Part shown: positions 52,437-64,000 of the stretch, piece by piece | Position numbering within the stretch: the stretch's first letter is position 1 | Layout of the letters: every line of letters starts with the position of its first letter | NCBI GenBank assembly: GCA_963514005.1 | Contig: OY740818.1 | Span: 11,160,001-11,224,000 of the forward strand | Source of the DNA: Raja brachyura | Lineage: Eukaryota | Length of the DNA: 64,000 bases | Direction: 5' to 3' | Translations under genes and position numbers: made by a program | The notes under the pieces: generated by a model | What the model was told of the DNA's origin: nothing | What the model saw: the letters and a program-made list of their open reading frames with translations, nothing else | Databases searched by the model: none

Positions 52437-53554
52437 CTAATGACTATGATCGGACTTCTTCGCCACAGTCAAGACTCACCACTGAGAGGCAGCAGATAAA
52501 ACATAGCGTTATGTTGAAACAATGAAGATTTGTATCACGAGACACAAAGAACTGCAGACGCTGGAATCTGGAGCAAAACACCAAGAGCTGCGAGAACCCA
52601 TTGGGTAAGGGGCAGCATCTGTTCCTTCTTTAGATTTAAAATACTATCTGTTCCTTCCCTGTTTAAGAGCTATCGTTGGAAAAACATTAACTGGTCTTTA
52701 ACAAGGTGGCAGCAAATTATAATAAAGAATGACAATGTTCTAAAAATCCACCAGCTCAACACAAATCAGTTTTGTTTAGGATTTGCAAAGAATGAACCAC
52801 CTAGAAAATAACTCAAGCAGACTGGTAATCCATCCTCCCACTTCAAATATATTTCAACTAGCACAGTGTGTGTCATCTACAAGATGCATTGCAGGGTCTT
52901 GCCGAGGGTATTCCAACAGTGGCTCCCACACCCACATTCTTGGAGGATTAGGGCAAGCCACCAATTGCAGCTTCGGCTGCACGTTGACATTGCCTTAGAC
53001 GCCACAAGCGCTTCATTGTCACAGGGTGGAAATGCTAGAATTTTTCTTTCAGATACAAAGTGCAAGCAGCACTTTAAGCTAGCGTGGACCATCACCTTCT
53101 CAAACATTATTAGATACAGTCACTACATCTTGATCTTGTCAGCAATGCTCAAAAGATGAAGTAGTCACTGAAGGCCTTTGAAATATCTTTAATCGGACTT
53201 TATCTTGCACTAAAACGGTGCACACTTGATTTACCCTCATGTGTACCCTGTGGACTTGATTGTAATCATGTGTATTCTTGTCCTTGACTGGGCAGCACGC
53301 AACAGAAGCTTTTCACTGTACCTCGCTACACGTGACAATAATAAAATAAACTATGTTAATCAAAATAATGTAGAAACAAGGAACCAAAGATGTTGGCTAA
53401 TAGACAAAAGGCTACAAAGTGCTGGAATAACTCAGCATGTTAGGTAGCATCTCTGGAGAACATGGATACATTAATTAGATTTCAGGTTAAACCCCTTCTT
53501 CAGACCCAAAACATCTGCGATCCATGTTCACCAGAGATACTTCCTGACCTGCCG

Positions 53555-53895
53555 ACAAGATTGTTAAGGGCTTGGACAAGCTAGAGGCAGGAAACATGTT
53601 CACGATGTTGGGGGAGTCCAGAACCAGGGGCCACAGTTTAAGAATGAGTAAGCGATTTAGAACGGAGACGAGGAAACACTTTTTCTCACAGAGAGTGGCG
53701 AGTCTGTGGAGTTCTCTGCCTCAGAGGGCGGTGGAGGCAGGTTCTCTGGATGCTTTCAAGAGGGAGCTAGATAGGGCTATTACAAATAGAGGAGTCAGGG
53801 GATATGAGGAGAAGGGGATGATCAGTCATGATCACATTGAATGGCGGTGCTGGCTCGAAGGGCCGAATGGCCTACTCCTGCACCTATTGTCTTAC
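53555..53895 (+). mobile_element. HER1/CR1 3' fragment
   Basis: GESRTRGHSL...FFSQRV ORF and 3' UTR. Confidence 0.88.
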
Positions 53896-55109
53896 TCCGA
53901 CACTTTGCGGCTTTTTATTAAAATAATGATTGTTGTTCTTGTTAAAGTGATAAATTAGGAAAATATCTGATCTAGTAGTTTAGGAGATCTAGTAGTTTCG
54001 GTAAGAGATGAAAATAAATGTTAATAAAGACCACCAAGAACTAGAATTGGTCCTTTAACCCACCCTCAATAATTAATTTCATTGCTGAGTAAATGGCTTG
54101 GCCCATTTCTTTCTCTGGCTGCCAAACCAGCTGTAATTTCCACCAATTTGCTTTTGTTTCAGATTCCATCAATCTGCAGTACTTTACTTCAGGAAAAGCT
54201 TTCCTCCCCGGCATGCTCTGGATGTGTTGGATGCCAGCTAACCAAATGCATTAATTAGTCAAGGTGGTGCTCGGTCACTGCCAAGGTTCTTTAGCTCCAT
54301 CAACCTGACCTCTCCGCACCACATGCTGGTACTGCAGTGCTCCAGTTTGTCAATGATGATGACTAGACATTTACTGTATTCATTTCATTTATTTATCTGG
54401 TCTTACGGCATGCAATAGTGCATAAACCCGTCAGCCGTTGTGCCAGCCTTCTCCCACGCATTCTCATTAAACACATTTTATTCCTCCCACATTACCAACA
54501 ACTTCCCCAGATTGCACTATTCACCTACACACCAGACGCTATTCACAAATTGCCAAATAATCTGCCAGCCCACACAACTTTGAGATGCAGAAGTCAGAGC
54601 ACTCGGGGAACACCCATGTGGCCACGGGGAGAACGTGCAAACTGCCCACAGACAGCACCCGAGGTCAGGATTGAACCTGGGTCGCTGGAGCTGTGAGGCA
54701 GCAGCACTACTCGCTGTGCCACTCTTCTTGTGCTTCCGACATCAATGTTAAACTGCTAAATTGATGAAAATCCTGCAGTGCCCCTCTGTCTAGAAGCTGA
54801 TGAAATGGGGGCCTTGCTTAAGCGATAAAGAAAAATTCATACAATACAAAGTCGCAATGTCTACTGATGGGATGTGGCTGGGTGTGTGAGGAAATGGCAC
54901 AGATTGAAGAACTTGGTCTCAGAATAGCACAGTGGAAGGCCAGAGCAGTTGGACAAAGGCAGCTAGAAGAAGTCTGTTTAGGAGATAAAGTTGTAGGCAT
55001 GCGCTAACAGTAGTGGGCCTAGTGCATTAAAGAGACGGTTACATGATTTGATCTGTAAATTCTTGTCAACTTCAAAAGCGAACGCTCACACACTCTGTTT
55101 ATTGTTTTT

Positions 55110-55395
55110 TGTTTTAGAGATACAACGCAGAAACGGGCCCTTCGGCCCACCGAGTCCACGCCAACTATTGATCCCCGTACACGAACACATCCTACCACTG
55201 GGGACAATTGGCAATTTTCCCCAAGCCAATTAACCAACAAACCTGTACATCACTGGAGCATGGGATGAAACCAGACAAAATCCTCACAGGTCACAGGGAG
55301 AATGTACAAACTCCGTGCAGACAGCACCCGTAGTCAGGATCGAACCCGGGTCACTGGTGCTGTAAGGCAGCAACCCTCCCACTGCGCCACCGTGC
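55110..55395 (-). mobile_element. HE1-type SINE; more decayed copies at about 590-790 (+), 51160-51378 (-), 54500-54725 (-)
   Basis: tRNA-like head cacggtggcgcag...cccgggttcgatcctg. Confidence 0.85.
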
Positions 55396-55471
55396 AGCCC
55401 CTTGGTGCTACTCAGGATAAATCTGCAGATTCATATCAATATTTCTGAAAGCTGTGGCAAAGTAAACATAC

Positions 55472-55656
55472 CTTCTGATGCATAAACTTGATGGCAAGTA
55501 AGCTCTATACCCATCGGTAATGTAAGGATTGCCTTTTAGAAAGGTTGGGATTTCTTCATAGTTGTAAAGACGAATTCCAATTTGCGAAAAGAGTGGCCAG
55601 TAGTTGTATCCACCAAGTTCAACTCGATGTAAACTCTTTAGGATATTATGAGTCAT
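55472..55656 (-). CDS. PAQR3: PAQR3-like first coding exon (MTHNILKSLHRVELGGYNYWP...NPYITDGYRAYLPSSLCIR)
   Basis: ATG at 55656, gtatgt donor, 185 coding nt; the six exons sum to 930 nt = 309 aa plus stop. Confidence 0.93.
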
Positions 55657-55927
55657 CTTGTGTTGACAACCTAAATCTAAAGAAAAGAGGGCAGGTTAAT
55701 TTTGTTGTTGAACTAATATCAAATCCAAACAGAGTAATTTCCAAAGTCAAACTGGAGAAAGAAAATATTGTCCTGGGTCAGGCAGCATCTGTGGAGAGAG
55801 AAATGGAGTTTAACCTCATGTTTATGACCTTGTGGGAACTGAAAGCGAGGAGATAAGCATGTTTTATGTTAAAAGCAGAAACAAAAAACTGCAAATTCTG
55901 GTTTACAAAAAAGTGTTAAAATGTAAT

Positions 55928-56203
55928 GGCCCTATCCCACTATACGAGTTCATTCAAGAGCTCTCCCGAGTTAAAAAAAAAACAAACTCGTGGTAAGCAC
56001 CAAGAATGGACGTAGCGGGTACGCTGGAGCTCGGGGACGTCTCTTAGCAGCTCGTAACGCTAACGGCAGGTACTCGGGAAACGCAGGAAGCTCGGGAAGA
56101 CTCGTGAAGATTTTTCAACATGTTGAAAAATGTCCACAAGAGCCCCGAGTACCGACCAAACTCGGGAGAACTCTTTGAATGAACTCGTACAGTAGGACAG
56201 GAT
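55928..56203. mobile_element. MITE with about 42-bp imperfect TIRs (possibly PIF/Harbinger type)
   Basis: cctatcccactatacgagttcattcaagagctctcccgagtt versus the reverse complement of 56159-56201. Confidence 0.75.
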
Positions 56204-56699
56204 TCATCATGGAAAATAAAAATATTGTCCTGGGTCACGCGGCATCTGAGGAGGGAGAAATAGATCAGGAGACCCTCAGACTATCCTTGAGGGGACTTTG
56301 CTGACTTTACCTTGCACTAAACGTTATTCCCTTATCACGTATCAAAACACTGTAAATGGCTCGACTGTAATCATGTATTGTCTTTCCGCTGACTGGATAG
56401 CATGCAACAAAAAGCTTTTTACTGTACCTTGGTACACGTGACAATAATAAACTAAATTAAACTTGATTTTAACTTCTCAGTTTTGTGAGAACTAAAAGTG
56501 AAGAAACAAGCATGTTTTATCTTAAAAGTAAAAACAAGGAACTGCAAATTCTGTAAAAAGACAGCGCTGGTGCAACTCATCAGATCAGGCAGTATCGCTG
56601 GAAAACATGGATAGGTGACATTTTGAGACAGGACCCTTCTATAGGTCACCTAGGCAGGAGTGGAGAGGTGAAAGGTGTAACTGATATGTCTTAAACACA

Positions 56700-57740
56700 T
56701 GTAAAGATACAACATAATTTTATTAAGCACTTACAGCACAGGATCTACAGTATGTTACATTTCCCGTTGCTACATCTACTACTTGACGTGGCTAGTTCTG
56801 ATATTATAAAGCATGTATAAGGCAGGGTTTCTACTAACACGCACTATGATTGCCTAGTATGGAATAGCCAATCTACATCTTCTTGTAAGAAATAAAGAAA
56901 CTACAGTGCCTGAAATATGCAAATGATGGGGGAATATTAAGATTACGCTGGCACGATTACACAAAGTCATCATATCTGTCAGGTGGCCTACAAACCCGTC
57001 CAGCCCTCATGCGGTCGGAGACCACCTCACCACCTTTCGCGGGGGAACTGACAGGGGAAGGGAGAGGGGACGCGACCGGTGACCCGGCAGGGCTGGTAGG
57101 AGACGCCGCGGGCGAGGCAGGCGCTGACCGACGCTGGGAACCTGCGGCAGGAGGCGCGGCTGGTGGTGGGGTCGCTGGAACGGCTGCGGGAGGGAACGCA
57201 AGAGGTGGTGCATCTGGACCAGGAGTTGCTATACTGGCTTATCAGTTAGACATAATTTGTGGACTGCACGTCCAAAATACACCAAGCCGAGATCATGGCA
57301 TGCATTGACAACGAGTAAAGTCTCTGAGACATAACAATGTAAAACAGCAGGTTGCGAGTTTGCTGGTTGACACTACAGTTTAAATCAGCTTTTCCGAGTG
57401 GGTGGAAAATCTCTCTCCCGTAGGACCGAAGGGTTGTGGAGTCCTTGAGCAGTCGTTCAGCGTGTCAAATTATTTTAAACTCCGTTATCGACATGACGTT
57501 GACCTTTGCAACCATGTCGACCTTAGCGAGTATGGGCCTGTTATTCACGAAAACAGTTACTTCAGGGTCCAGGGGCTCGTCAATGGAATGGAGGCGGAGG
57601 GAGTGAATAGCTGAGTTGTTATCAACAGTGTCTGAACTCTGCTCATGAGATGCTCTTGGGAATCTTTAACTGAGAGCTCTTGTTGAATCAGGTGCAGGTT
57701 TGTCCTTGATGGCTGATAAAGGCTGGACCAACAATGTCCA
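56700..57740 (-). mobile_element. Internally deleted Gypsy-type LTR retrotransposon: protease remnant, pol C-terminal tail, purine tract, 3' LTR (56877-56700)
   Basis: - strand AKVD(MV)AKVNVMS, LRSYG..PLGK, ACHDLGLV; Pro/Ala-rich tail ending RAGRVCRPPDRYDDFV*; LTR TGTA...AATAAA...TACA. Confidence 0.75.
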
Positions 57741-59859
57741 GATGACAAACTGCAGTTGGTGTCTCTAAGGGAGGGTGTGGAATGCTCACTAATCATCGCT
57801 ACTCTCTCTGGAGGATTGCAAGAGGAAAATCAGTGAGCAGGAAGGAAATGAAATGAAAGCTGCAACTGTCAAGATGCAGAACACAGAAAACTGGAGAAAC
57901 AAGGAAATGCCCAATGATGGAAATACTCAATATCATCAGGTGGCAACTGTGGCGAGTAAAAATACAAAGTTAAATGTTACGGGTAGATGTCCTTGTATCA
58001 AAACTGGCCAACTGGAAAGGTTAAATTAAAAGTCATCTTAAATGTTTGAAGTTAAAAATAGAGTCCCGAGGGCTGTAATGTGCACAGGTGGATGATGACA
58101 TCGAGGTCCTTGAGCTGCCATCACGTGAAGATGGAAGTTGTTGCAATATTTTCAATTACGGATCTCATCTTCCACCCAGCCACATTGCAGCCCTAGGGGC
58201 TCAGTACAGAATTCAGCAATTGCAGATCTCCAGCCTTCCATGCTCATGTTCAAACTGCCTCATTCTGATGACAGGTCAGAACATTAACATTGCAGGTACA
58301 GAACCTGTAACATTAACTCGATTTCTCTCTCCCTAGATGCTACACTAACCTCTGATCACTTCCATCATTCCCCGAATTCAAACAGCTGCTCCGATCTGCA
58401 TCTCACATTTCCAGCATTTTCCTCCTCCCCACGGACCCAATTCACATCCCTCTATTTCCACCCCTCACACAGAGCAACCATGATAAAGAAACCTTTAGCA
58501 CCCTCTACGAAAAGGCAACAATAGTATTTGTGTCACCTGGCCAATCCTGATTTCTACCCCTATCATTGACTTCCCCTGTTCTTTGTTCACCTCCCCACCA
58601 TCTCTCCAATTTAAACATACTTGGTCTTTCACTTTTTCCAGTTCTGATTTAAAAAACTTGCTCAGGACTTGCATCTCCCTCCACACATGCTGCTTTTCCT
58701 GCTGTGTGTGTCTCGCCAGTATTTACTGTTTTATTTCCATTTCATTTTTTGTTTTTTTCAATATTGTTATTCTGTTCAATTAACATAACGATGCATAATA
58801 AAACATAGAACAGTACAGCAAAGAACAGGCCCATTAGCACACATCTGTGCCAAACATGTTGCAAAGACCATCACTATTCTACCTGCACCTAACCCATATC
58901 CCTCCATTCAAAAATTATGAAAAGATACGAAGCCGTATGATATGGCTTCCATATATATCTTCCATAATATTCTCTATTAAAACATTTGAATGTTCTGCAA
59001 TCCCTGGAATGAGTCCCTGGTTTGTGATTAATAGTGTTCCTTAGTGTTCATATATAATTCATTATGCTCTGGACAAACAATGCTCAGATTTTACAGAGAA
59101 CAAAGAACAGTACTGCACTAGAACAGGCTCTTTGGCCCACAATGTCAGAGCCAACTGTGCTGCCAAATAAAACTAATCCCATTTGTCTGCACATCATCCA
59201 TTTCTCTCCATTCCCTACATGTTTATGTGCCTGTGAAACCTCTGCTTAAACTTGCCACAAAATACAACAAAAAACAGCCACATTAAGTTCTGTAACATTT
59301 AAAATTCTAGTTGTGGAGATATAAGAAACTGCAGAAGCTGGTTTACAAAAGAAACATAAAGCTCAGCGAGTAAAACTTAGCGAGTCAGGCAGCATCTCTG
59401 GTGGGACACAACACAAATAGGTGGGGGTTCGGGTTGGGACAACTTCTTCGGACAATTTTCTAGCCTTGTCCACAAACGTTAGAAAGATTTTCACAATGTA
59501 TTGTATAATCTCTTACGGCACAACATGTTGTCTGCAATATTTCATAAAATTAGTATTGATACACAATGCACACCATTGAGCTTCAATTCCCTCGCCCAGA
59601 ACATCTACCATCTATTGATTATACAGACCTGTATTTATTGTGATGTGCACCAGTATAGTGAGGCACAGGAGCAATGAAATATCGTTTGGAGTATCATCAC
59701 AGGCACAGAGACTCAGATGACACTCAAGAACATTAATATACAAACAGTAAAAAGAAAAAGATTGTGCAAAACAAACTAAATATCAGTGCAAGAGGTGGTC
59801 CGTTGTGTTCCATTGCTAATGTTGGATTAGGTTTGTGCAGGTTAGTTCTACAACCTTTA

Positions 59860-60180
59860 CTCTCTTGCCCAGAGCAGGGGAAATCGAGGACCTGAAGACA
59901 AAGGTTTAAGGGGAAATGATTTAATAGGAATCCGAGGGATAATTTTTTCCACACAAAGGAATGGAACTTTGGAACCAGGAACTTACTGCATGGAACGAGC
60001 TGGCAGGGGAGGTAGTTGAGGCAGGGACTGTCGCAACGTTTAAGAAACATTTAGACAGGTATATGGATAGAACAGGTTTAGAGCGATATGGGACAAACGC
60101 AGGCATGTGGGAGTAATGTAGCTGGGACATGTTGGTCGATGGGGGCAAGTTGGGCCAAAGGGCCTGTTTCCACGTTATAA
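59860..60180 (+). mobile_element. CR1-type LINE 3' end
   Basis: reverse-similar to 51900-52200. Confidence 0.8.
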
Positions 60181-63100
60181 CCTGATGGTTGTTGGAAAGT
60201 AGATATTCCTGTATCTGGTGGCATGGGACTTCAGGTTTCTGTACCGCCTGCCCTATTGTAGCAGTGAGAAGTGGGAATGGGCCAGGTGGTTAGGAACTTT
60301 GATGATAGATGCCAAATACCACCTTCAAGACGGCATCACAAGTAGATGCTTTTGATGCTGGGGAGGGCAGTTTGTGCGATGGAATGAGTCGAGTCTACCA
60401 TTATGTAGCCTCTTGCAAAGATGTGTGTCAGAATTACCATTGGATTTCAAGGTCTCTGTGCATTTATCCCAGATAGAAAGAAAGAAGATCCCATGAGAAA
60501 GATGAACCATCTGAAGTTACCAAAGGACACAGGGGAAAATATTAAATTAACAATGAGAGCGTACTATGTTGAAATGGCTAGTGGTAGACCAGAGATCTGG
60601 GAATTTTACCAGCATCACATGACAAACAGTTAACAAGGGAGAAAATTCATGGCGTAATCCTGGCACATAATATATAAACAAATAGAAAGGGCGTCTCTGT
60701 ATATACAAAAAGGAAGAAAGTAGCTAATGTATGTGTGGGACACCTGAAGGGCAAAGCAGGGAAACTGAAATGTCAGAGAATGTGAACCAATAGTTTGCAT
60801 TAGTCTTAACAGTGGAAGACATTATAAATATTTCAAAGATATCTGTAATACACGGAACTGCAGATGATGGTCTAATACAAAAAATACTGGAGTAGTTCAA
60901 TGGGTTAAGCAGCATCCCTGGAGAACAAGGGTAGGTGATGTTTCGGGTTGGGCATCATCAGGCACTTCTTCAGCCCTGGTGAAGGGCCCCAACTCAAAAC
61001 GTCACATTCGTGATCTCCAGGGATGCTGCCTGACCCACTGAGCATTTTGTGCTTTTCCTTAGTAAATGAGCATCTGCAGTTCCATGTTTCTTCAAATAGT
61101 ATGATATAAGTTTAACAATCCCTATCACAGGGGCTATAGTGTTTGTAAAAAATAGAACTAAAGACAAATGTCACCAGGTCATAATGTCCTGTTTGGAGGG
61201 TTTTAAAGGAAGTGGTGAAATAAAGGAGCCATTGGTTGAAATTTTCAAAACTTTCCAAAGAAACGAGGGATTCTACATTAGTTGACTCCTGTAAATTGCT
61301 TCAAGCATTCAGGGGGATGGACGACAAAGTGGGATAACATTAAACTAGTGTGAAAGTGCCAATGACGGTGAGCGTGGATTAAACGGGCCGAAGGGCCTAC
61401 TACACCTCTGAACTAAACTCCATTTATCTGATCAAACTATATAACGGAAAGCTTCACATTACAGGAAGCCATCTGTAAACTAATCTGATAAAGCCGCAAG
61501 AATTCTACTTTGCTGTATAACGATGCAACATCATTTTTGGAACAAGTTATTGGACTAATTGTAATTATTTAAAAGATAAGGCTCCACATAATGTGAATAT
61601 TGATATCATTCTGCAGGGAGACTTAACATGAATCAGAAATGTTATTTCAATTTTTTTTAAAAATCCTGCAGTCACAAAAAGATGATGCACATTAAGGTGC
61701 ATTTAGGTTGCAGCTCTAGTGAGATAGAAAATTTGATTATATTTTGCGGTTGTTAAAAATTCACACATTTTGCAAGGCTTACAGACTATTTTGGCCAACA
61801 GGTCTTTACTGGTGTGTACAAAAGCCTCTTCGCATTTTGATGGGATATCTTCCCATCAAAATATCCCTCAGTTCCTTCCAGATTTATCCGACCTTGCAAG
61901 AATTTATGCTGTTCACCTCAAAAATTCCCATGATTTCCCTTTTCACTCCAGTCAATCCCTCGTCTCCCCTCACCTGTCGGGAAGGATAAAGCCTTGAAAG
62001 TGTGCACTACCAGACTGAGGAACAGCGTCTTCCCCTCGTACCAGACTACTGAATGGTCCACCCAGAAGCAAGGGCATAGTTCCAATCTTCCAACCTACCT
62101 CAATGCAGTCATTGGACTTTTTCCTCCGGAAATGTAACACTCCAACGCAGTAAAACTATATTCTACACTCTGGTGTGATTCTCTTTGCAATGTTGCACTT
62201 GCGTGTAGCTTGATTCTACTCATATTCAATGTGATCTGATTCAATTGGATAGCAAGCAATTGGAAAACCTTTGCACCTACATCAGTGCCTCAGTACCTTT
62301 TTTAATAATAGTGAAAACAGTCTAGAGTTGCTCATTAAATCCTGACGTTCTTCCTAAAGTAATTCCTAATTCAAGTCTGAAACATGCAAAATAACCCACC
62401 ATTGAAGTGAGTGTAACTCTCCACCCAATGGTCTTATACTTCAAGGTTAACATTACAAAACCCATAATTACATTAAGATAACAAACAAGGTTTACAAAAA
62501 ATTTGATCCACTCGACCTCAGGCTTAAATAGTAATGAGATTCCAGACTGTGCTCCTGAAATATTTATATATTAATTTCGACGGGAAACCTGTGTGAGCAG
62601 AACCATGGAAGTGCAGAGCACTCCTTCTCAGTGTAAAAGGGCTGCTTGTGCAGAAATGGCAGATATTGTTCCAACAGTATTAGCCGGAATTCAAATTTAA
62701 CTTTGAAAATATTCACCATCCATTCCTTATTATAGTCCAGCCACTAAGGTTATCAGGGAAACCATCATCTCATCTCCTGTTCAACACATACACACTGCAG
62801 GAATTCTGTCACATATATAGAAAGCTCTATCAAATAAATAATTTTGCAATAATATTCTCCTTTTGTTGCTCTTTTGACACTGTATTCATGATGATCACTC
62901 ACAAGTGTTGAGGTCCCGCTCACTGTGGAATAACAATACTCCATTGTTCAATCTCTGCTTCACGTACGGAAGTACAAAGTGTTGACTTTTGTCTGATTAT
63001 GTTCTGCTGAAGTGCCACGGACGATTTTCTATGTTAAAAGAAATGTCATGAATGCACACTGTTGTTTATGTCACAATCGGAGAATTTTAAGATCTGCTTT

Positions 63101-63599
63101 CTGAATCTCAGGGGTCACAATCTTTGCTAACTGTGGTCTCTGTAGTATAGGATGTTGATCAACTCTGCCCAAGTGCAAGATGGCTGGGACTGCTACTCCC
63201 AGTCTCTTATGAAATATTTAATTGGATTATGGTCGTCACAAGATGAGGATTAGTGCAAATCAGAAAACAGTAACTTCTTTCAGATCATAAAATTTGATTA
63301 TAACAGTGAAACTGGGGAAACTTAAAATGAAGCGCGAATCATCGACATTTAGTGATTGCTTCAACATAAAAACTGGGATAGTGTTTGTAAAATAAGAGAT
63401 AGCAGCCACTCACCAGCATGGAAACAAATACTGTCCTTACCTGTAGACAAGTTTAGCAATTAAGACACTTTATTATTTGCTTTAATTTATGTGAAAAAAA
63501 TAAATTATATCCAGGCTTGGCTTTAATGTTCTGCTTTGAATTACTATGCCATACTGATTTCCAGTGACACCATTTTCCGAGCACCTCAGAACAGTGAAA

Positions 63600-64000
63600 C
63601 TACAGAAAGTCTAGGGGTGGCACACACACCCCCATCCATATTAATGGGATGGAGGTGGACCGCATTACCAGCTTCAGGTTTCTTGGGAGTCAACATCTCT
63701 GATGACCTGTCTTAGACCCACAATACCTCAACACTGATCAAGACGGCTCACCAGCGTTTCTTCTTCCTGAGGAGACTAAAGGTCCATCTGTCTCCTCAGA
63801 TTCTGGTGAACCTCTACTGCTGCGCCATCAAAAGCATCCTTACTAACTGTATCACAGTATGATATGGCAACTGCTCTGTCTCTGACCTGAAAGCGCTGAA
63901 GAGGGTGGTAAAAACTGCCCAAAGCATCACCGGTTCCTCACTCCCCTCCATTGAGTCTGTCCAGAGCAAGCGATGTCTGCGAAGAGCGCGCAGCATCGTC
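63600..64000 (+). mobile_element. Rex1/Babar-like LINE, post-RT region, running off the window
   Basis: remnants PIHING, F.FLGV.ISDDL, KTAHQRFFFLRRLK, NLYCCAIKSILTNCITV.YG. Confidence 0.75.

Noticed and set aside
52780-53160. Cluster of short ORFs in apparently unique intronic sequence
   Set aside because: No homology or splice-site pair I can support; could be regulatory but this is not demonstrable from sequence alone.
57007-57308. GC-rich ORFs or a CpG-island promoter for the PAQR3-like gene
   Set aside because: Explained as the pol C-terminal tail of a Gypsy remnant; short and bounded by LTR and protease sequence.

Overview
Vertebrate genomic DNA, AT-rich and repeat-dense. The repeat content (HER1-type CR1 LINEs, HE1-type tRNA SINEs, Penelope-like GIY-YIG fragments) points to a cartilaginous fish, probably a skate or ray (inference). 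Two convergent spliced genes are present. (1) On the + strand, the 3' part of an AAK1/BMP2K-family (NAK) kinase gene: 12 internal coding exons from 1429 to 29057, then two phase-compatible alternative last exons, a short AAK1-type one (29628-29722, ...[10 protein letters not shown]) and a long BMP2K-type one (33941-35052, ...DPFSAAPFPKKGL*). (2) On the - strand, a complete 6-exon PAQR3-like CDS (55656 to 37825, 309 aa). The kinase is mostly AAK1-like but sits in the position BMP2K occupies next to PAQR3 in human, so it may be an extra ohnolog pair. The introns hold Penelope-like 3' fragments with target-site duplications (TSDs) and many short palindromic derivatives carrying minimal hammerhead-ribozyme motifs. 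They also hold a Tigger-like element, a MITE and an internally deleted Gypsy element. Comparisons to human proteins are from memory, not from a search; repeat boundaries are approximate.
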